Shown here: piece after piece, positions 57,681-64,000 of the stretch
Layout of the letters: every line of letters starts with the position of its first letter
Numbering within the stretch: position 1 is the stretch's first letter
NCBI GenBank assembly: GCA_964016885.1
Contig: OZ024740.1
Location: 86,428,001 to 86,492,000 of the forward strand
Length of the DNA: 64,000 nucleotides
Origin: Eledone cirrhosa
Lineage: Eukaryota
Reading direction: 5' to 3'
The notes under the pieces: model-generated
Told to the model about the DNA's origin: nothing
Databases searched by the model: none
Seen by the model: only the letters and a program-made list of their open reading frames with translations
Position numbers and translations under genes: made by a program

Positions 57681-59419
57681 CACCGTGTAACAAAAATTTT
57701 TTTTTCTCTGTTCCTGGCTTGTAATCACTTTTTTGTGTTGATTAGGTCCCAAATAAATAAAAAAAAAGTGCTATTAAACAGTTAAAAGTTTGGGTTTGTA
57801 AAGGTTCTAAGCTATTTACTAGAATTATTTGTATGCTGGATTTTACGTTGTATGTAAGTTTAATTTGCTTCTGTTAAATGATGTTTTTAATATATGTTTC
57901 AGGTTAAATTAAAATTATAAAATAAAGAGTAATAAAATAAAGAGTAATACCTAAAGAGTAATACCTAAAGAAAATTATAAAAGTGCAATAAAGAATAAAA
58001 TTATTAAAAAGTGGATTAAATACTGGATTTTCGCACCCTGAATAAAGGGTAAGTTGTGTTTTAAGCATTCGTCTCCAGGATGAAGCAGTGGAACTTGGTC
58101 AGGGAGGAAGTGCAGGTGACAAGTCAGAGAAGTCGACACGAACCTTTCTCAGGCTTTTACACTCTTAGGGGTGGCCTCTGCTTCTGCCATGACGTGCCTG
58201 GACTGTTTGACGTTATTGGGGTGCCGTTTGTGCCCAAGGAGTGGCGGCTATTTATAGACAGCTCCACCACAAGTTTGATGCTGTCCTCCTCCACAATGGA
58301 AACAAGTTCCCGACACTGCCCCTAACTCATTCAGTCTGCCTGAAGGAAGATTACTACAGTGTGAAAGTCCTCTTGGAAGCTCTGCAATACAACCAGTACA
58401 TTTGGGAAATCATTGGAGACTTCAAGATGGTGGCTTTCCTGCTTGGACTCCAAGGAGGCTTTATCAAATTCCAATGCTTCCTCTGCCTTTGGGACAGCAG
58501 ATCCACCTCTGACCACTACAAAAGAAAGAACTGAGAGCAGCGAACAGAATTTGTAGTTGGGACCCGGAACGTCATGTGGGAGCCACTGGTTGATCCCAGG
58601 ATTGTGCTCATGCCGCCACTGCACATTAAGTTGGAGTTGATGAAGCAATTTGTGAAGGCTCTCAACCAAGAATCAGCCGCTTTTAAGTACCTTCTTGAGT
58701 TCTTCCCCAAGTTATCTGAGGCCAAAATCAAAGGCGGAATTTTTGTTGGACCTCAGATAAAGAAGGTGTTTGAGTCTACCGAGTTCTCCAATAAGCTCAA
58801 TAGGATTCAGAGAACAGCATGGAACTGTTTCAAGGCAGTTGTTAAGGGCTTCCTGGGCAACTACAGAGCTGAAAACTACCAGCAACTGGTGCAGGATCTG
58901 GTAAAGGCTTTTGGTGCCATGGGATGCAGGATGTCGCTTAAACTCCATATGCTGGACGCTCACCTGGAAAAATTCAAGGACAATATGGGCGCCTACTCAG
59001 AAGAACAAGGCGAACGATTCCACCAAGATCTGAAAGAGATAGAGCGGAGGTACCACGGCCACTACAATGAAAAAATGATGGGGGGACTATATCTGGGGGC
59101 TAGTGCGGGAATGCGACCTGGACTACAACCGCAAATCCAGGAAATCCACTCATTTCTGACGTGTTTAAGTTGCTTTATAAGTGTTTTTGATAAGCTTGTG
59201 TAATAAAATAAATATATACTCTGTTGATTTAATTATATGAACTGATAAAGTTTTTAAAAATGTGTTTTTTCTTGAAATATATGAAAATTTCGAAATATCA
59301 AACTCCTGACAACAAATCCAAACTTCTGATTAAATAATAGTGCTTTTTTATAATAATGGCATATAAAAAACCAGGAATTTATACTTATAACCGGGGAACA
59401 AAGAATATGTTACTCGGTG
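57681..59419 (+). mobile_element. Chapaev3-like (CMC) DNA transposon, internally deleted
   Basis: TIRs caccgtgtaaca and tgttactcggtg, TTA target duplication on both sides, transposase remnant. Confidence 0.8.
58070..59160 (+). pseudogene. Chapaev3-type transposase C-terminal half, frameshifted
   Basis: WRLFIDSS, VLLHNGN, GDFKMV, CFLCLWDSR, PPLHIKL, GIFVGPQI, SEEQGERFHQD motifs. Confidence 0.82.
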
Positions 59420-59703
59420 TTATCATCGCGGTTATCATGGCATCGTTACAAGCCAAACTGCATTCCCTATTTAATTAGATATAATTAATTGAAGTTCCAG
59501 CATTGACATTCCTGTATATGTTGTACCGGAATTAGTGATAAGGATAAGGAATTTTCTCCGCATTGGGTGTGTAATTTTCAGTAATTAAAATTTCTTGGTT
59601 CACCAAAAGCGACCAACAGCTTGAGCTCCCACTCTACTGATTTCCATCAGCACCACGAGGACAAGCAGCCACCATATCTTTTTTGCTCAGTGTTTCCGGC
59701 TAG

Positions 59704-60085
59704 CATGGCAATTTTAAGTGTAGGGTGCATAAATGCACGTGAACTGGGGACGACCTGGAAGCAAGAATGCTTGCTCAATGACCTCATGTCACTAGCGATA
59801 GGCATGACAGCCGTCTGCAAGACTAGGGATACCGACATGCAAGCATTAGTCCCCATTTTGGACGATTTTGAAATTATACATCTCTTAGTCGGCCTGGAAT
59901 GGGAAGCAGAGTGACGTTGATGTTTCAGAAAAGCCTTGATCTCGAGATGCTAGCGGCCTTTTATACTACAACAGGGTCAGGTCGGCGAATTTCTTCGGGC
60001 GTTGGAAACCTATCTTGAAACGACTCGCCCTTTGGTGATGGGGGTGACTAGAACGGCGTCTTTGATACACAAAGGACTGTGAGAT
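59704..60085 (+). pseudogene. Degenerate APE endonuclease start of an L1/Tx1-like ORF2
   Basis: MAILSVGCINARELGTTWKQECLLNDL parallels the 50147 ORF2 N-terminus. Confidence 0.7.
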
Positions 60086-60094
60086 AGCAGTGAT

Positions 60095-61700
60095 TTGGAA
60101 GGCAGATGTCAGCAACACGGCGAAGTAGATGGAGAACAGTTTGGGCGGTATGTCACTTTGTTTGACACCGTTTACCACTGAAATTGACTCTGAAAGTGTC
60201 CCATTGAAGTTCGCTTTTGCTTTCATATTTTGATGGAGTTTCTGACTATCCCAATAAGCTCATGAGGACATCCAAGTTTCCCCAATATGACCCACAGTGC
60301 ACTATGACTAACAGTATTGAAGGCTTTGGTAAATTCCACAAATACTGGGTATAGTGGCACTTGCTGCTCAACACACTTTTCCATAAGCTGATGTGCTGAA
60401 AAAATCATGTCCATGAATCTACACTGGGTCTCAACAATGACACCAGGGCAGATCCATGTTATTTGACGATTCAGCAAGACCTTGATAAGACTTTTCCCAT
60501 CGATTCGAGCAGACTTATACAACGATAATCACTGTATTCCGACTTGGTGCCTTTGCCCTTGTAGCTCGAAAGAAAAATTGCATCTACCGAGACTTGCGAA
60601 CAGGCGCAACATGCTATACAGATAAGACTAATCCATGAATGGCCATAACAACATTGTCTCCTCCAAAGTGAATCAGCTCAATGAGTATTCCATCGAAACC
60701 TGAAGTTTATCCTATTTTTTTCCTCTTTGATAGTAGACCTTATCTCATTAATTGTTGGATAATTCAACATCTGTTACAGTCTCCCTTTGCGGCACTCCAT
60801 TAATAATATCCTCATGAACTACAGCTGGATTGTCAAACAGATATTTAAAGTGTTCAGTCAACTGACTCGTGATTCCTGCTAGATCTGTGATGAGGACGTT
60901 CCCATCTTTTGACTTCAAAGGTCCCATTTTTGATGGATGTAGACCCAAAACCTGCCTTATTGTGCTGTATAACGTCTTCAAGTTTCTGCAAGTTTCTGCA
61001 GTTATAAGCCCTCTGCATCTCTTCTGAAACTTCAGTATTTCTTTACCTTTCGTGTTTTACTTTGCTTCATTGAAGGATTTCTCAAAAGTGGTCCTTACTG
61101 GACACTTGGCAATAAGGTACTTCTCATACAGCTTGTTCCTCTCAATGAGAATGGCGATTGCAGCGTCATTATCATCGAACCAGTCTCTGTGTGTTGTCTT
61201 CTTAAATCCAAGTTCATCAACTCCAACACAGTAAACCTGTGTTTTAAACTGTTCCCAAGTTCCATCAAAGACGACGTTGTCAAGTGCATTTTGAAAAGCA
61301 TCTTTCATTTCTATACTTTGCAATTTGGACACATCTAAACGTTTTCTCATTTGTATCCCTGTTGCCCTCAACTTTCTGATCTGCACCTTCATCTAGTCAC
61401 TCTCAGTTTGTTGTCTGCACAATATTTTGCACCACGCATCGCTTTAGCAGAATAGAAATCCTGGAGGTCTCTCTTCCTGGTAATTATATAATCCAAGATG
61501 TGTCCATGTTTTGATCTGGGATGTATCCTTGTTGTCGTGTGGATCTCCTTTTTTTGAAAAAAGTATTGCACACGGCTAGCTCAAACTCAGTGCATAATTC
61601 CAAAAGGAAAAGACCATTGTCATTCATCTTTCCCATGCCATGACATCCTAAAATGTGGTCGTCCTTTCCCACACGTGCATTAAAATCTCTAAGAAACAAG
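60095..61700 (-). pseudogene. Degenerate RTE (BovB-like) LINE, EN plus RT
   Basis: DFNARVG, ILDYIITRKRD, DWFDDND, DMIFSAHQLMEKCVEQ, FTKAFNTV, GVKQ motifs. Confidence 0.85.
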
Positions 61701-61750
61701 ATACACACACATACACACGCGAGCGCGCGCACACACGCAGACACACACAC

Positions 61751-61805
<55 letters not shown>

Positions 61806-61808
<3 letters not shown>

Positions 61809-61999
61809 CAAAGGAATTGTGGTAAGGAACCAGATGAACCATAACGCACCAGAGTACTCAATACTTAGGGTAGGAGAGTTGGAAATAGGAAAAAGCATGA
61901 CCCCGACGGCAGAGCTCAAGCCGGGTATTTCGACGGGTATTTCTGGACTAACAGAAATAGCCGTCAAAACGGCTTGAGCTCTGCCGTTGGGTACCTTTT

Positions 62000-62002
<3 letters not shown>
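61806..62002. repeat. Hairpin dispersed repeat family copy
   Basis: Same modules as 21196-21695. Confidence 0.75.
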
Positions 62003-62034
<32 letters not shown>

Positions 62035-62479
62035 CAAGAAAACGACAAAACAGAGGTACAAAATGTCTTATTAGTTTCACATACATACATACATACATAC
62101 ATACATACATACATACATACATACAAATATACATACATGTACATACAAACTTATATATATGCTTATGTACATACGCATTTTATTTTTGAATCCCTAAGAT
62201 TTGAAAAATATATTTGTTACGAAATGTCTATTTAACTTGATATAATTATTATTCAATACATCTCCTCCTACTCCACACATTCTCTTATTCTCTCTCATGT
62301 TCTCTCTCTTTCTCTTTGAGTCTCTGTATCTCTTACTGCTTCTCATTCTGTATTTAAATAGATATTTCTGTATGTTCTTCTGGTGTTCACAAATAGAGAA
62401 TGAGCCGGTTTCTAACATAGACAAAAGACTCTTTCATTTGCATTTAGACATCAACTAGCTAATTATGTATGTATGTCTG

Positions 62480-62528
<49 letters not shown>

Positions 62529-62639
62529 GTATGGATGTTATTGTATGTGTGGATCTGCATGTTTTCAGTTATATGTGTATACGTACATATTTTCTGTGTT
62601 CATACATTTGTATATGCACTTATACACAGAATTCTGAAA

Positions 62640-63720
62640 TATTTTACGTATTTTTAGTGGGCTTTATTTGCAACTTCCTAACTAGCCGTACGTCATCTGA
62701 TTCTGTGAAGCCCAGCTTCTCAACATTTGTACTGATGCAGTTAGTAACGTATCCAAGAGCCCCAATGATCACATATACAAATGTAAAGGTATAGTCAGGC
62801 TGGCGTATTTGCAGATTCCTCATTAGTTGGCATAAATGTTCTCCTTTTCGCTAATCTTTAGCATCATCTTGAAATCTGGGAAACTGATTTCGACTACTGT
62901 GCATGCCTTCTTTTCTCTGGCCCATACCATCATGTCTGGTTTGCTGTGTTTATACTTTATCGGGGGTTTTGAATTGAACATTCTCCCACTTCTTCATATC
63001 ATGTGTCTATACGTCCTCCACATCGCTGTAGATTTTTATATGTCTATTGTCGGGGCTATCTTTTTCCTACGGATAATATTGTATAGGGTTTTGGCCACTA
63101 TGCCATGCTTCATAAGTAGATAGTATCGTGTTGACATCTGTTGACAGCTGTTTTGATGATATGTGCGACATCTTCGATGTTACTTTCTCAGAGTCTGCAT
63201 TTGTTGTCCCATCTAGTTGTTTTGCCTGCATCACTATCTATTTTGTGAATCAGGTACTTTGTATTGATTTCCTGTTCTTTGATTGAAAAAGCATATCCGA
63301 CAAAGTGAGTGCCAATATATGCCAATATAGCGATTGTTGGTCCAAGATAGAGTACTTTGCTCATCTATACTACTCTTACTTGGGAGCTTTTTGGCAACAT
63401 GCCCATCCATGATCTTTTGCTGCTTTTCATCCATGGATTGCGGTATTGTTATGCAATTTCCCTGGGTTATCATGCCGGATGTATTTCTCAGAGTGCTTCT
63501 TTCCAACTCTCGTGGTGTTATCTGTCTCATGTAAACAGACGTGTTCAATAGATGAGCCTATCTGCTTGGTGGTTCGTAGATGTTATCGGAGGGATACAAG
63601 GCGGCACTGCAAAGTTATCTGGACTGACATTAAGCCTTTGCTCCCTGTTTACGTTTCATGTAGAGGCGGTCTATGTCACTGTTGATATGGACATTTCCGG
63701 TGCTCGTTAGGTTTATTCGG
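62640..63720 (-). pseudogene. Highly degenerate RLE-type (R4/NeSL-like) retrotransposon 3' part
   Basis: By-eye translation on -: SCQQMSTRYY..KHGIVAK, MRNLQ..PDYTFTFVYVIIGALGYV. Confidence 0.6.
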
Positions 63721-63849
63721 GTTTAAAAGCGATGGATCGGACTTCAAGTATTCTAAATGTTGGTGTCGGGAAAGACAAAGAAAACACATTATGGTCACTG
63801 ATATGTTGTGCGCAGAGAGTTGAGATGTATGTATGCATGTGCCATTGAG

Positions 63850-63950
<101 letters not shown>

Positions 63951-64000
63951 CACATATATATATATATATATATACACATATATATATATATATATATATA

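Overview
AT-rich eukaryotic, apparently intergenic or intronic DNA saturated with (TA)n, (CA)n, (GA)n and (TAA)n microsatellites. The repeat landscape resembles a cephalopod (Octopus-like) genome, which is inference. No host gene can be supported, and most ORF-track entries are microsatellite artefacts. The window is almost entirely transposon-derived: three Penelope-like elements (PLEs, RT and/or GIY-YIG), a near full-length L1/Tx1-like LINE and several R4/Dong-like RLE elements clustered in (TAA)n, RTE fragments, a Chapaev3-like DNA transposon, a Helitron-derived element and tRNA-headed SINEs. The most striking signal is about nine distinct sequence families carrying type I hammerhead ribozyme (HHR) motifs, more than 20 copies in total, all found by eye. 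They sit in PLE pseudo-LTRs and in non-coding tandem or foldback elements inserted in (TA)n. One is a near-identical 591-bp tandem array that ends in a ~1.1-kb-armed palindrome, a retrozyme-like circular RNA candidate. Several families carry non-canonical cores (U3-A8 swap, U4C) or very large stem II insertions.
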